In this document: positions 27,942-39,408 of the stretch, in pieces
Layout of the letters: each line of letters starts with the position of its first letter
Numbering within the stretch: position 1 is the first letter of the stretch
Assembly: GCA_964530085.1 (NCBI GenBank)
Contig: CAZGXX010000001.1
Span: 239,704-303,703 of the forward strand
Length of the DNA stretch: 64,000 nt
From: an uncultured Azospirillum sp.
GTDB lineage: Bacteria; Pseudomonadota; Alphaproteobacteria; Rickettsiales; UBA3002
Direction: 5' to 3'
Notes under the pieces: generated by a model
What the model saw: the letters and a program-made list of their open reading frames with translations, nothing else
What the model was told of the DNA's origin: nothing
Databases searched by the model: none
Translations under genes and position numbers: made by a program

Positions 27942-29804
27942 ATGTCATTGCCGTTTAATCAAGAATTGCGCCGTCGGAAATGGGCGTTTTTGATGCTGGT
28001 TTCGGCAGCAATTCTGCCCCTTTCTGGTTGCAGCTTTCTTGAAACATTGACCCCCAAGCCCGGCGACAAAACCGACATTATAGACCGTCAGCAGAAGCTG
28101 AGCGTTGATGATTTTCGTGATTTAAACAAAATTGAAAAACTCAAAAAATCAGCGGAAGAGCCCGTTGCCACGGCCGCGCTTGGGGTGCCGCCATTGCCCG
28201 ATCTGGCGCAGGTGCTGGCGATGCCGAAAGCACCGAAAATGGCAAATTCTAAGTTGGTAACACTTTCGGTGACGGAGGATGTGCCGCTGCGTGATGTGTT
28301 GTTTGAGCTGGGGCGCCTTGCCAATGTTGATATCGAAATAGGTGGCGGCATGGACGGTTCGGGCATCAACCTTCGCGCGACGGATCGCCCGTTTAACGAG
28401 GTGATCGAGCGCATCGCGCATCTTGCGCATCTGCGTTACAGCGTGTCGGGCAACTCGATTCGTGTAGAGCGCGATACGCCTTATATCAAAAACTACTCCA
28501 TCGATTTTCTGAATACGGTGCGTTCCAGCACCTCGACCTATAACCTCAGCACAAATATTCTATCATCTGGTGGGGGTAGTGGTGGTAGCAGCAGCGGTGG
28601 TGGTGGATCGGGCTTTGGCTCGACGGGATCGACCAACAACATCACCAGCGCGGGCGAGAGCGATTTGTTCTCCTCGCTTGAGGCATCGGTTTCCGAGATT
28701 CTGAACTATAAAGCCGATGGTGGGTTAGCGGCGGCGGCGAGCGCGGCGGCAACAGTTGCCTCCGGCGCGGCGGCGAGCGGTGGTGCAGCGGCAGATGGCC
28801 CCACCAGTTATGTGGTAAACCGCCAATCCAACGTGCTCACGGTGAATGCTACCGAAGCGCAACATGAGATGATCCAGCGCTTTTTAACGCTGATGTCGCG
28901 CAACTCCTCGGCGCAGGTGATGATTGAGGCAAAGATTGTGGAAGTGTCGCTTGCGGACGAGTTTCTTTCGGGCGTGGATTGGTCGAAAGTGCTGGGCGGG
29001 GTGAATAATGGAGTGACCGCAGGCTTTGGTACATTTATTCCTGGGGCAACGCCAAACAGCACATCGCTAACAGGTGGTGGCGCATTCAAGCTTGGGGTGA
29101 AAGATGGCGATCTTGATTTTGCCATCTCTCTCACCGAAAGATTTGGTACGACGCGGACGCTTTCAAGCCCGCGCCTTTCAGCGATTAATAACCAGCAGGC
29201 AGTGCTGACCTTTGCCCGTAACGAAATTTATTTCACTTGTGAAGCGCAGGCTGGCCAAGTGATCGCTAATACCGGCACATCCGGTTCAAGCGCAACACAG
29301 CCCACCGTGACCTGTAAGCAGAATATTGTGCCGATAGGGATTATCATGAGCATTCTGCCATCGATCAATCTCAATACACAGGAAGTGACGCTCAATGTGC
29401 GCCCTACGCTGACCCGCAAAGTGGGCGATGCCGAGAACCCCAGTACGCTGTTGGCGTCAAAGGTGGTGAGTGGAAGCGGTACTCCAGTAGAGTTATCCGC
29501 AACAGTGCCAATTATCGAAGTGCGTGAGCTTGACTCGATTATGAAGGTTAAAAGTGGCGGGGTTATGGTGATTGGTGGCTTGATGGAAGATTCTACCCGC
29601 AACGAGGTAAGGGGTATTCCGGGTGCACAGGAAGTTCCGTTCCTCGGCAATCTGTTCAAAGGTCGCAGCGAAGACTCTCTCAAGCGCGAATTGATTATTT
29701 TTATTAAGGCCACGATTGTGAATTCGGACGGCAGTGCGCATGTGGTCGATAAATTGATCTATGACAAATATACGACCGATCCGCGACCGCTGTTTGAAGA
29801 GTAG
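27942..29804 (+). CDS. Secretin-family outer-membrane lipoprotein (MshL/PilQ/GspD-like)
   Basis: Lipobox LPLSGC. N-terminal secretin/TonB-short-type domain, Gly/Ser and Ala-rich linker. C-terminal secretin core: SSPRLSAINNQQA ... VRGIPGAQEVPFLGNLF ... ELIIFIKATIV. Confidence 0.85.
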   Translation: MSLPFNQELRRRKWAFLMLVSAAILPLSGCSFLETLTPKPGDKTDIIDRQQKLSVDDFRDLNKIEKLKKSAEEPVATAALGVPPLPDLAQVLAMPKAPKMANSKLVTLSVTEDVPLRDVLFELGRLANVDIEIGGGMDGSGINLRATDRPFNEVIERIAHLAHLRYSVSGNSIRVERDTPYIKNYSIDFLNTVRSSTSTYNLSTNILSSGGGSGGSSSGGGGSGFGSTGSTNNITSAGESDLFSSLEASVSEILNYKADGGLAAAASAAATVASGAAASGGAAADGPTSYVVNRQSNVLTVNATEAQHEMIQRFLTLMSRNSSAQVMIEAKIVEVSLADEFLSGVDWSKVLGGVNNGVTAGFGTFIPGATPNSTSLTGGGAFKLGVKDGDLDFAISLTERFGTTRTLSSPRLSAINNQQAVLTFARNEIYFTCEAQAGQVIANTGTSGSSATQPTVTCKQNIVPIGIIMSILPSINLNTQEVTLNVRPTLTRKVGDAENPSTLLASKVVSGSGTPVELSATVPIIEVRELDSIMKVKSGGVMVIGGLMEDSTRNEVRGIPGAQEVPFLGNLFKGRSEDSLKRELIIFIKATIVNSDGSAHVVDKLIYDKYTTDPRPLFEE

Positions 29805-29812
29805 GGGCGCCG

Positions 29813-30577
29813 ATGCTCAGTAATATCCGCTATGTGCTTCTTACCGCCATTCGTGACCGCCTGTTCTTTGGACTGCTTATCGGCGTGCTTGCGGCGGCCT
29901 ATGTGTCGAGCGTGCTCGGCTCGACCGCGATGCTCGAGGCAGAGCAGATGACGCTTAGCTTCACTGCTGCCAGCGCGCGGGTGATTGTCATGGTCGGGCT
30001 GATTGTATTTGTCGGCTTCCATATAAAAAACGCGTTCGATGCGCGGGAGATCGACGTGCTGCTATCGCGACCGATTTCGCGCACCTCGCTGGTGATGTCG
30101 TATTGGTTTGGGTTTGCGGTGGTGGCGACGCTGCTCGTCGTGCCCACGCTGGTACTGGTGGCGCTCATCGGCACCATCAACCAAACAGGCTATCTGCTAT
30201 GGGGCGCGAGCCTATATCTTGAGGCATTGCTGGTGGTATCCATTGCCCTTTTTGCGGCGTTGACCATTCGTAGCGGGGTGGGCACGGTGCTTGTTTCTCT
30301 CGCGATGTACACGCTTTCACGGATGATGGGATTTTTTCTGGCGACAACAGGATCCGCCGCGCTGTTTGGTAGTGCTGAGGTCAGTATCGGTGCAAAATGG
30401 TTGATGTCAATTATCTCAATGGTCATTCCGCGCCTCGACTTTTTTGCTAAAAGCCAATGGCTGATTTACGGCGCGAAATCGTACGACGACCTGACGCTGT
30501 TTCTAACGCAAGCGGCGGTGTTTATTCCGTTGCTTATCGCCGCTTCAGTGATCGATTTTAAACGAAAGCAATTCTAG
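29813..30577 (+). CDS. ABC-2-type permease-like 6-TM membrane protein (no adjacent ATPase)
   Basis: REIDVLLSRPISRTSL resembles the E..LLLS.P.SR motif of ABC-2 permeases. Six predicted TM helices. 8-nt gap after the secretin. Confidence 0.6.
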   Translation: MLSNIRYVLLTAIRDRLFFGLLIGVLAAAYVSSVLGSTAMLEAEQMTLSFTAASARVIVMVGLIVFVGFHIKNAFDAREIDVLLSRPISRTSLVMSYWFGFAVVATLLVVPTLVLVALIGTINQTGYLLWGASLYLEALLVVSIALFAALTIRSGVGTVLVSLAMYTLSRMMGFFLATTGSAALFGSAEVSIGAKWLMSIISMVIPRLDFFAKSQWLIYGAKSYDDLTLFLTQAAVFIPLLIAASVIDFKRKQF

Positions 30578-30580
30578 TAT

Positions 30581-31435
30581 ATGCGGCTACGTCTGCGCAA
30601 ATCCCGCTCCGATGCCGACCGCGCCGTGATGCGCAGCCCTGCCATGCGTACCGCAATGCTGGTATTTACAGTATTTCTTGGGCTTCAGACCATGTTTTGG
30701 CACAACACGCGTGATATTCGCCCGGAAATGGAAGTGGTACCCGACGTGCCGGGTGAACGCACCGTGCGTGCCCTTTCCTTCGGCGATGAGGAGGCATTTT
30801 TCCGCCTCTATGCGCTCTCGCTGCAAAATGCAGGCGATACGTTCGGTCGCTTCACCGCGCTGTATAAATACGACTTCCATAAGCTGAGTGCGTGGTTTCA
30901 TCTGCTCGACACACTCAATAACCAGTCGAACTATCTGCCAGCCCTTGGCAGCTATTACTATAGCCAATCGCAGAACCCGTCGGATGTGGTGTATATTGTC
31001 GACTACCTTGATAATTATACGCGCGGTCGTGAGAAGGAAAAATGGTGGTGGGTGGTGCAGGCATCCTATCTTGCGCAGCATAAGCTCGGCGATCTCGATC
31101 GTGCGCTGGCCATTGCCAGCCGGCTAGTGGGCATTCGTGGCATTCCGATCTGGGCACAGCAGCTTCCGGCATTTATTCACGAGGCGCGTGGTGAGTTTGG
31201 GGATGCCTTGACCATCATCGATGGGGTGCTCAAACACCCGGAAGATTTCAGTGAAGGTGAGTTGAATTTTATGCGCTATTTTGTCGATGAGCGCATTGGC
31301 CGTCTCGACGCGGTGAAGAAAGAGCTCGATGAAATTAAAAAGTTCAAAGAAGAGCAAAAAGCCAAGGGCGTGCCGGACGTAAAGCCCATGGGGCCACCAC
31401 CGGATGTGGGGGCTATCAGCGCCTCAGGGGAGTGA
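30581..31435 (+). CDS. Membrane-anchored hypothetical protein (helical repeat-like periplasmic domain)
   Basis: One TM helix (AMLVFTVFLGLQTMFW). 3-nt gap after the preceding gene. No family recognised. Confidence 0.55.
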   Translation: MRLRLRKSRSDADRAVMRSPAMRTAMLVFTVFLGLQTMFWHNTRDIRPEMEVVPDVPGERTVRALSFGDEEAFFRLYALSLQNAGDTFGRFTALYKYDFHKLSAWFHLLDTLNNQSNYLPALGSYYYSQSQNPSDVVYIVDYLDNYTRGREKEKWWWVVQASYLAQHKLGDLDRALAIASRLVGIRGIPIWAQQLPAFIHEARGEFGDALTIIDGVLKHPEDFSEGELNFMRYFVDERIGRLDAVKKELDEIKKFKEEQKAKGVPDVKPMGPPPDVGAISASGE

Positions 31436-32262
31436 TGCGGGTACGCTACTTCTTCTTCAATTTTCCTGTGCTCGGTACGATGCCATAGCAATGCGCGTCG
31501 CTGGGGAATTTTCCGTCGCGCACCTCGGCGGCGTAGTCCGCGGCGGCATCGAGAATGGTGGTGCGCAGGTCGGCGTATTTTTTCACGAAGCGCGGTGCGT
31601 GGGTGAACATGCCCAGCATGTCGTCGACCACCAGCACCTGACCGTCGCACGCGGGCGATGCGCCGATGCCGATGGTGGGGACGGTGAGCTTGCGGGTGAT
31701 TTCGGCAGCGAGGGGTTCGATGACGCCTTCGACCACCACGCAGAACGCGCCGGCCTCGGCCACCGCGCGTGCGGCGGCGAGAATAGCGACGTAGCTGGCG
31801 TCATCTTTCCCCTGCGTTTTGAAACCGCCCATCTGGTTCATATGCTGCGGCATGAGGCCGATATGCGCCATGACGGGCACGCCGCGATCCGACAGGAAGC
31901 GGATGGTTGCGGCCATCTCGGCGCCGCCTTCGAGTTTGACGGCAGCGCAGCCGGTTTCCTGCATCACCCGTGCGGCGTTCATGAAGGCTTGCTCGGGTGA
32001 GGCCTGATAGCTGCCAAAGGGTAGATCGACAATGACGGGCGTGCTGCCGGCACCGCGCACCACGGCGGCACCGTGCGCGATCATCATCTCCAGCGTGACG
32101 GGCAGGGTGGAGGGCAGGCCATAGACCACCATGCCGAGCGAATCACCCACCAGCAGCATGTCGCAATGCGGGGCGATGAGTTCGGCCATCGGTGCGGTGT
32201 AGGCGGTGAGGACAACCAATTTTGACTCGCCCTTGCTGGCGCGGATGGCGGGGATGGTGGTG

Positions 32263-33741
<1,479 letters not shown>

Positions 33742-33801
33742 AGGCTGATTGTAGCCGATATTCCTGCAAAAACAACTACGAAGGCGTGTGGTATAAGCTG
33801 C

Positions 33802-33830
33802 TTGACAGGGGTGGTCGCCGCCTTTATAAG
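33802..33830 (+). promoter_or_regulatory. Sigma-70-type promoter of rpmH (TTGACA-17 nt-TATAAG)
   Basis: TTGACA at 33802-33807, TATAAG at 33825-33830, 45 nt upstream of the rpmH ATG. Confidence 0.6.
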
Positions 33831-33875
33831 CCGCCACTCACTTAAAAAATACATTTACGCAACTCGGAGCGGATC

Positions 33876-34010
33876 ATGAAACGTACTTACCAACCCAGCA
33901 AACTTGTTCGCGCACGCCGTCATGGCTTCCGCGCCCGTATGGCAACCGTGGGTGGCCGCCGCGTGATCGCTGCGCGCCGCGCTAAAGGCCGCAAAGTTCT
34001 TTCCGCTTAA
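33876..34010 (+). CDS. rpmH: 50S ribosomal protein L34 (not in supplied ORF track; 44 aa)
   Basis: Translates to [54 protein letters not shown] precedes the ATG. Followed by rnpA-yidD-yidC. Confidence 0.95.
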   Translation: MKRTYQPSKLVRARRHGFRARMATVGGRRVIAARRAKGRKVLSA

Positions 34011-34152
34011 CCGGGGAATTCTGCTGGGTGATTTGGGCGTCACGTCCGGTGCTCAGTCGGTCACGTAGCGCTGCTACGCTCCCTCCCTGCGCTCGGCCGC
34101 TTCTACAAATCCCCTCAGCATAATCTCCCTCCTGTCGGAGCTGGCGAGTGTT

Positions 34153-34497
34153 ATGGCTAAGGTTTCCACTCTTAAAAAACGTGCTGACTTCGTGCGCCTT
34201 AACCGTGCGCGGAAGTTTATGACGGACTATTTCATCCTGCGCTATGGCGCAGCGGGGGACGCTGCTGCGGTTGAAGTTGGCTATACCGTCACCACCAAAT
34301 GCGGCAACGCGGTGGCGCGCAACCGCATTAAGCGCCGTTTGCGCGCGCTGGTGCGTGAGTTGGCGCCCGAGATGGCGCGCGCAGGCGTGGCCTATAACTT
34401 CATCGCGCGGGCAGATGTGAAGCCGGGCGCAGGTGAGGTGGCGTATGCGCAGCTGCGCGCAGCTGTGGCCAAAGCCTTCACGGCGGCCGCGAAATGA
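34153..34497 (+). CDS. rnpA: Ribonuclease P protein component
   Basis: KKRADF ... [19 protein letters not shown] (RNR motif). Position after rpmH. Confidence 0.85.
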   Translation: MAKVSTLKKRADFVRLNRARKFMTDYFILRYGAAGDAAAVEVGYTVTTKCGNAVARNRIKRRLRALVRELAPEMARAGVAYNFIARADVKPGAGEVAYAQLRAAVAKAFTAAAK

Positions 34498-34721
34498 GGC
34501 TCGCTTCCCTTCCCAAACGTCTGCTGATCGCGTTGGTGAGGCTTTACCAGATTGCTCTTTCGCCATGGCTGGGCATGAACTGCCGCTTCACCCCGAGCTG
34601 TTCGGCCTATGCCCATGAGGCGCTGGCGCGACATGGTGCTTGCAGAGGGGCATGGCTTGCCCTAAAACGCATCGTCCGTTGTCACCCGTGGGGTGGCTCG
34701 GGCTATGACCCCGTTCCGTAA
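34494..34721 (+). CDS. yidD: Membrane protein insertion efficiency factor YidD
   Basis: YQ..LSP ... [15 protein letters not shown] ... [14 protein letters not shown]. Confidence 0.9.
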   Translation: MRLASLPKRLLIALVRLYQIALSPWLGMNCRFTPSCSAYAHEALARHGACRGAWLALKRIVRCHPWGGSGYDPVP

Positions 34722-34791
34722 GCACCCGAAATGCGGCGGAAAAACTCGGGGTCGAGGCCGTATAATTTTTACTGTGAAATGATGTTTTTGT

Positions 34792-36513
34792 ATGACCGCT
34801 CCCGCCCACGCTGCTCCTGATACCCGCAACCTTATTCTGGCGATTGTGCTCGCGACGGGCGTGATGCTCGGCTGGCAGTATTTCTATGAGCGCCCGCGCA
34901 TGGAAGCCCTGCGCGCTACCCAGCAGGCCGAACAGGCAGCAAAGGCAAAAGAAGCCAAACCGATGGTGGGCGGTAATGTTACGGCAAGCGTTACCGCGAG
35001 CGAGGCCAAAAATGCGCCCCGCACTGCAAGTGCGCGGGTGAAGATTAATACGGCGTCGCTGCATGGCTCGATTGCACTGACGGGGGCGCGGTTCGATGAT
35101 TTGACGCTCGCCAATTATCACGAGACGGAAGACCCGACCTCGCCGGAAGTGAAGCTGCTTGCGAACGCGGAAGGGCAAGATGCGTATTTTGTGGAAACCG
35201 GCATGCTTGCCGAGGGCGTGCGCGTGCCGGATGCGACCACGCCGTGGCAAGCGAGCGGCAAGGAGCTGACGGAAAAAACACCGATCACGCTGAGCTGGAA
35301 CAACGGCGCAGGGCTGACCTTCGAGAAGAAAATCTCGGTCGATGAGAAGTTCATGTTCACAATCGAGACTACGGTGAAAAACGCCGGCGCGGCGGTGACG
35401 CTGTACCCGTATGGGCTCATCAGCCGCAACTATCCGGATACGGCGAAGCATTTTTCGATCATGCATGAGGGGCCGCTCGGCGTGATGAATCAGGTGCTCG
35501 AAGACGTGACCTATAAGAAGCTGCGCGAAGACGGCGCGGTGAAATATGAACAGTCGAAAGGCTGGGTAGGCATCACCGATAAATACTGGCTGACGGCACT
35601 GGTGCCGGATGCAGCGGAGAGCTTCGACGGCGAGTTTAAACATTTCAAACGCGGCGAGGTGGATGCATATCAAAGCCATTTCCGTGGCGCAGCGCTGACG
35701 ATTCCGGCTGCAGGTAGCGCGAGCGTGACGACGCATCTGTTCGCGGGCGCGAAGGTGGTGGATCAACTCGATGCCTATGGCGCGCAATACAACATTCCGC
35801 TGTTCGACCGCGCGGTGGATTTTGGTGCGCTTTATTTCCTCACCAAGCCGATTTTTGGCATGCTGACTTGGTTCCATAGCATTGTTGGCAATTTTGGCGT
35901 GGCGATTCTGTTGCTCACGGTGTGCATCAAAGCGCTGCTGTTTCCGCTCGCCAGCAAGTCGATGACGGCGATGGCGCGCATGAAGCAGCTCACGCCCAAA
36001 ATGCAGGAACTCCGCGAGCGTTACGCCAACGACAAAATGCGGATGAATCAGGAAATCATGGCGATGTATAAGCGCGAGAAGGTGAATCCTGTGGCAGGCT
36101 GCCTGCCGATTCTGCTGCAAATTCCGGTGTTCTTTGCACTCTATAAAGTGCTGTTTGTCACCATCGAGATGCGCCACGCACCGTTCTTTGGCTGGATTCA
36201 TGACCTCTCGGCGGTTGATCCTTCGAACCTCTTCACCCTGTTTGGATTGATTCCGTGGGACGCGCCCAGCTTCATGCATCTCGGCGTTTGGCCGATCATC
36301 ATGTGCGCGACGATGGTGATCCAGCAACGCCTCAGCCCCAAACCGGCGGATGAAGTGCAGGCGATGGTGATGAACTATATGCCGTTCATGTTCCTCTTCC
36401 TGTTCGCAGGCTTCCCGGCGGGGTTGGTGATTTACTGGGCGTGGAACAATACGCTGACGATTCTGCAGATGCTGTATATCAACCATGGCCTTGCGAAGAA
36501 GGGGTTGAAGTAA
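34792..36513 (+). CDS. yidC: Membrane protein insertase YidC
   Basis: Large periplasmic P1 domain followed by the conserved 5-TM core (GCLPILLQIPVFFALY). Confidence 0.93.
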   Translation: MTAPAHAAPDTRNLILAIVLATGVMLGWQYFYERPRMEALRATQQAEQAAKAKEAKPMVGGNVTASVTASEAKNAPRTASARVKINTASLHGSIALTGARFDDLTLANYHETEDPTSPEVKLLANAEGQDAYFVETGMLAEGVRVPDATTPWQASGKELTEKTPITLSWNNGAGLTFEKKISVDEKFMFTIETTVKNAGAAVTLYPYGLISRNYPDTAKHFSIMHEGPLGVMNQVLEDVTYKKLREDGAVKYEQSKGWVGITDKYWLTALVPDAAESFDGEFKHFKRGEVDAYQSHFRGAALTIPAAGSASVTTHLFAGAKVVDQLDAYGAQYNIPLFDRAVDFGALYFLTKPIFGMLTWFHSIVGNFGVAILLLTVCIKALLFPLASKSMTAMARMKQLTPKMQELRERYANDKMRMNQEIMAMYKREKVNPVAGCLPILLQIPVFFALYKVLFVTIEMRHAPFFGWIHDLSAVDPSNLFTLFGLIPWDAPSFMHLGVWPIIMCATMVIQQRLSPKPADEVQAMVMNYMPFMFLFLFAGFPAGLVIYWAWNNTLTILQMLYINHGLAKKGLK

Positions 36514-36517
36514 CCCG

Positions 36518-37138
36518 ATGGAAGCTCAGGGTCTCACCCGCGCGCTGTTTGCCAAACCCATCCGCTTTGTGGCGGGGGTGGCGAGCCTTGAGCAGTTGCC
36601 GGAACTGATGCTGCCCGAGGTGGCGTTTGTCGGGCGCAGCAATGTCGGTAAGTCGAGCCTGCTCAACGCACTTATCGGCCAGAACCATCTCGCGCGCGTG
36701 TCGGGCACACCGGGGGCGACGCGGCAGCTTAACTTTTTCAACCTGCATGAAACCGTGCATCTTGTCGACGTGCCGGGCTATGGCTATGCCAAGGCCAGCA
36801 AGAAGGACATCAAGAAATGGCAGGGCGTGCTATTTGATTATCTGCGCGGGCGGCAGCAACTGGTGCGCGCCTTTGTGCTGATCGACGCGCGCCACGGCGT
36901 GAAAGTAGCCGATGAGGACATGTTAAAGCGCCTCGACGATGCGGCGGTGTCGTATCAATTTGTGCTGACGAAGGCGGATAAGGCCGACGATATCGCGCGG
37001 GTGCAGGAGCAGGTGCTGGCCGTGGCGCGCAAGCACCCCGCCGCACATCCGGCGATTGTCACCACCAGTGCCGCAGAAAAACTGGGTATTGACGCGCTGC
37101 AGGATGCTGTTATTGAGGCCCTTGCAGGGCATGCGTAG
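36518..37138 (+). CDS. engB: Ribosome biogenesis GTP-binding protein YihA/EngB
   Basis: G1 GRSNVGKSSL, G3 DVPGYG, G4 TKADK. Confidence 0.9.
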   Translation: MEAQGLTRALFAKPIRFVAGVASLEQLPELMLPEVAFVGRSNVGKSSLLNALIGQNHLARVSGTPGATRQLNFFNLHETVHLVDVPGYGYAKASKKDIKKWQGVLFDYLRGRQQLVRAFVLIDARHGVKVADEDMLKRLDDAAVSYQFVLTKADKADDIARVQEQVLAVARKHPAAHPAIVTTSAAEKLGIDALQDAVIEALAGHA

Positions 37139-37203
37139 CATAAATAAAGGATTCCCTGGCACCGCCCTTTGCGTTAAATACTCTCCGGAAGGACTAGGAA
37201 TCG

Positions 37204-38109
37204 ATGCAGATTAAAACGCTCAAGACCAAAGAACTGCTGCTGCGCACCGCGAAAACGGTGAGCGAGGCGCTGCCTTATATCCAGCGTTTTTCGGGCCATA
37301 CCTTCGTGATTAAATATGGCGGCCACGCGATGGGTGGCGAGCGCACGGCGGAGACGTTTGCGCGCGATATCGTGATCTTGAAAGCCATCGGCATCAACCC
37401 GGTGGTGGTGCATGGCGGCGGCCCGCAAATCGGCGCGATGCTGGAGCGCCTCAAAATTCAGTCGAGCTTTGTCGACGGCCTGCGCGTGACGGATGCGGCA
37501 ACGGTCGAGATTGTGGAAATGGTGCTCTCCGGCACGATCAATAAACAGATCGTCAGCGCACTCAACCGCGCGGGCGGCACGGCGGTGGGTATTTCGGGTA
37601 AGGACGCGAATTTGATTCGTGCGGAGCAGCTGAAGCGCACCAAGAAAGACCCGGACAGCAATATCGAACGCGTGCTGGATCTCGGCTTCGTGGGCCAGCC
37701 GACGGAGATTAACCCGGAGGCGATTAACAATATTCTGGCCTCGGGCATGATTCCCGTCATCGCGCCGATTGGCGTGGGCCCGAATGGCGAGACCTATAAC
37801 ATCAACGCCGACACGGCTGCGGGCGCGATTGCGGCGGCGCTTAAGGCCACCAAGCTGATGATGCTGACCGACGTGCCCGGCATCCTGACGAAAGACAAAC
37901 ATCTCATCAGCGAGATCGACGCGGCGGAGATTGGCGATCTACTTGCCGACGGCACTATCACCGGCGGTATGATCCCGAAGGTCGAGACCTGCATCAACGC
38001 GCTGAACGCCGGTGTGAAAGCCGCGCACATCCTCGATGGCCGCATTCCGCATGTGTTGCTGATCGAGACGTTTACCGAGCATGGTGCCAGCACGATGATA
38101 CGAGCTTAG
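37204..38109 (+). CDS. argB: Acetylglutamate kinase
   Basis: [19 protein letters not shown] and [12 protein letters not shown] motifs. Confidence 0.93.
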   Translation: MQIKTLKTKELLLRTAKTVSEALPYIQRFSGHTFVIKYGGHAMGGERTAETFARDIVILKAIGINPVVVHGGGPQIGAMLERLKIQSSFVDGLRVTDAATVEIVEMVLSGTINKQIVSALNRAGGTAVGISGKDANLIRAEQLKRTKKDPDSNIERVLDLGFVGQPTEINPEAINNILASGMIPVIAPIGVGPNGETYNINADTAAGAIAAALKATKLMMLTDVPGILTKDKHLISEIDAAEIGDLLADGTITGGMIPKVETCINALNAGVKAAHILDGRIPHVLLIETFTEHGASTMIRA

Positions 38110-38136
38110 CATCTGAGTTCTTGTAAAGGAATAAAA

Positions 38137-38931
38137 ATGGATAATCAGACCGAGCTTATCCGGAAACTGCTCTCTAACCACTCGGGCTTCGCCATCGGTG
38201 AAGTGCACCACGAGCGGGCAGCACTCAAATTCATCATTGATAATCTGGCACTTCTAAAAGAATTGGGAGTAGGCACGATCGGTCTTGAGATTTTCAAATC
38301 TGAGTGGAGTGATGACACGCTTGCACGTTTTAACTCGACCGGGGAAATGGATATTCTGGATAACTCCGACTTTCACCTGACGCTTGATGACCGCATCACG
38401 TTTCTGGACTTTAAATATGCCGCGAAAGCACACCCTACCCTGAAAGAAAGTGACGTGCCGCTTACCTCATTGAGGGATGCCTATCTTTTCTGGAAAGCAA
38501 ACCGCCAGAACGAAGCGCATCCTACCGTGCAGTTGGTTTCGGAATTGATCACCCATGAAAAAACCCAACCTTACAATTATCGCACGCTTTTTGAGAAAGC
38601 CCATGCGCTTGGAATCAATCTGGTAGCAGTGGATAGTGCGGCATTAGCCAGTGACGCTCTAGTAGAGCGCGTGGAAAAGATGGATATGTATGCTGCACAA
38701 CAAATTAATAAACATGCAAAGGATGGAAAGTTTGTTACTTTGACAGGAGCGGCGCACACTAAAGGTATAGCGGCCCTTTTATCGGTGCCAGAGGTGCATG
38801 TACTCGACAAAACAGAAGAGAAAATCTATCCGAAGCGTGCCTATCTCTTTGGGGATCAAGAGCTCATTCCAGATTATCTCGTTACTACACGTAGCCGCGA
38901 AGCGAGCAACCGGTTTCAATTAAAAGCGTGA
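38137..38931 (+). CDS. ChaN/Tiki-superfamily-like protein (no signal peptide), function unknown
   Basis: N-terminal IGEVHHE...IGLEIF and C-terminal LTGAAHT match the GE.H / lglEmf / G..H motif pattern of the ChaN (haem-binding uptake)/Tiki/erythromycin-esterase superfamily. Low G+C (27/60 in line 38281). AAGGA SD. Confidence 0.6.
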   Translation: MDNQTELIRKLLSNHSGFAIGEVHHERAALKFIIDNLALLKELGVGTIGLEIFKSEWSDDTLARFNSTGEMDILDNSDFHLTLDDRITFLDFKYAAKAHPTLKESDVPLTSLRDAYLFWKANRQNEAHPTVQLVSELITHEKTQPYNYRTLFEKAHALGINLVAVDSAALASDALVERVEKMDMYAAQQINKHAKDGKFVTLTGAAHTKGIAALLSVPEVHVLDKTEEKIYPKRAYLFGDQELIPDYLVTTRSREASNRFQLKA

Positions 38932-39408
38932 ATTCACTAAATGTCTAAACTCCGCCACCAGCGCGGTGTAGAGGCCGCGTTTGAAGGGCACGATGAGATC
39001 GGGCAGCATGTCGATGGCGACCCATTTCCACTCGCAGAATTCGGGGTGTTCGGTCGCGATGTTGATCGCGGAATCATCCCCATTCAAACGCAGCGCGAAC
39101 CATTTTTGTTCCTGCCCACGGTAGCGGCCTTTCCAGATTTTCGGCACGAGATCGGCGGGTAAATCGTAGCGGTACCAGTGGGCGGATTCGGCAAGAATGG
39201 TCGCGTTGTCTGTTCCAATCTCTTCTTTTAATTCTCTTAATGCCGCTGCCGTAGGCAGCTCGCCGTCATCGATGCCGCCTTGGGGCATTTGCCAGGCCTC
39301 GCTGATGGTGTCGATGCGTTTGGCGACGAAGACTTCACCACGCGCGTTAAACAGCATCATGCCGACGCCGCAGCGATAGGGCAGGTGGGCGTAGGGAAAG
39401 GCGGTCAT
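38920..39408 (-). CDS. rppH: RNA pyrophosphohydrolase (Nudix)
   Basis: Nudix box GGIDDGELPTAAALRELKEEIG, and QEQKWF typical of RppH. Confidence 0.9.
   Translation of the reverse strand: MTAFPYAHLPYRCGVGMMLFNARGEVFVAKRIDTISEAWQMPQGGIDDGELPTAAALRELKEEIGTDNATILAESAHWYRYDLPADLVPKIWKGRYRGQEQKWFALRLNGDDSAINIATEHPEFCEWKWVAIDMLPDLIVPFKRGLYTALVAEFRHLVNSRF

Noticed and set aside
34588-36486. 632-aa ORF on the minus strand
   Set aside because: Arg/His-rich translation antisense to the unmistakable yidC. A high-GC shadow ORF.
37157-37172. Sigma-54-like TGGCAC-N-TTGC upstream of argB
   Set aside because: The GG-to-GC spacing is 11 nt rather than the strict 10 nt, and argB is not an expected sigma-54 target.
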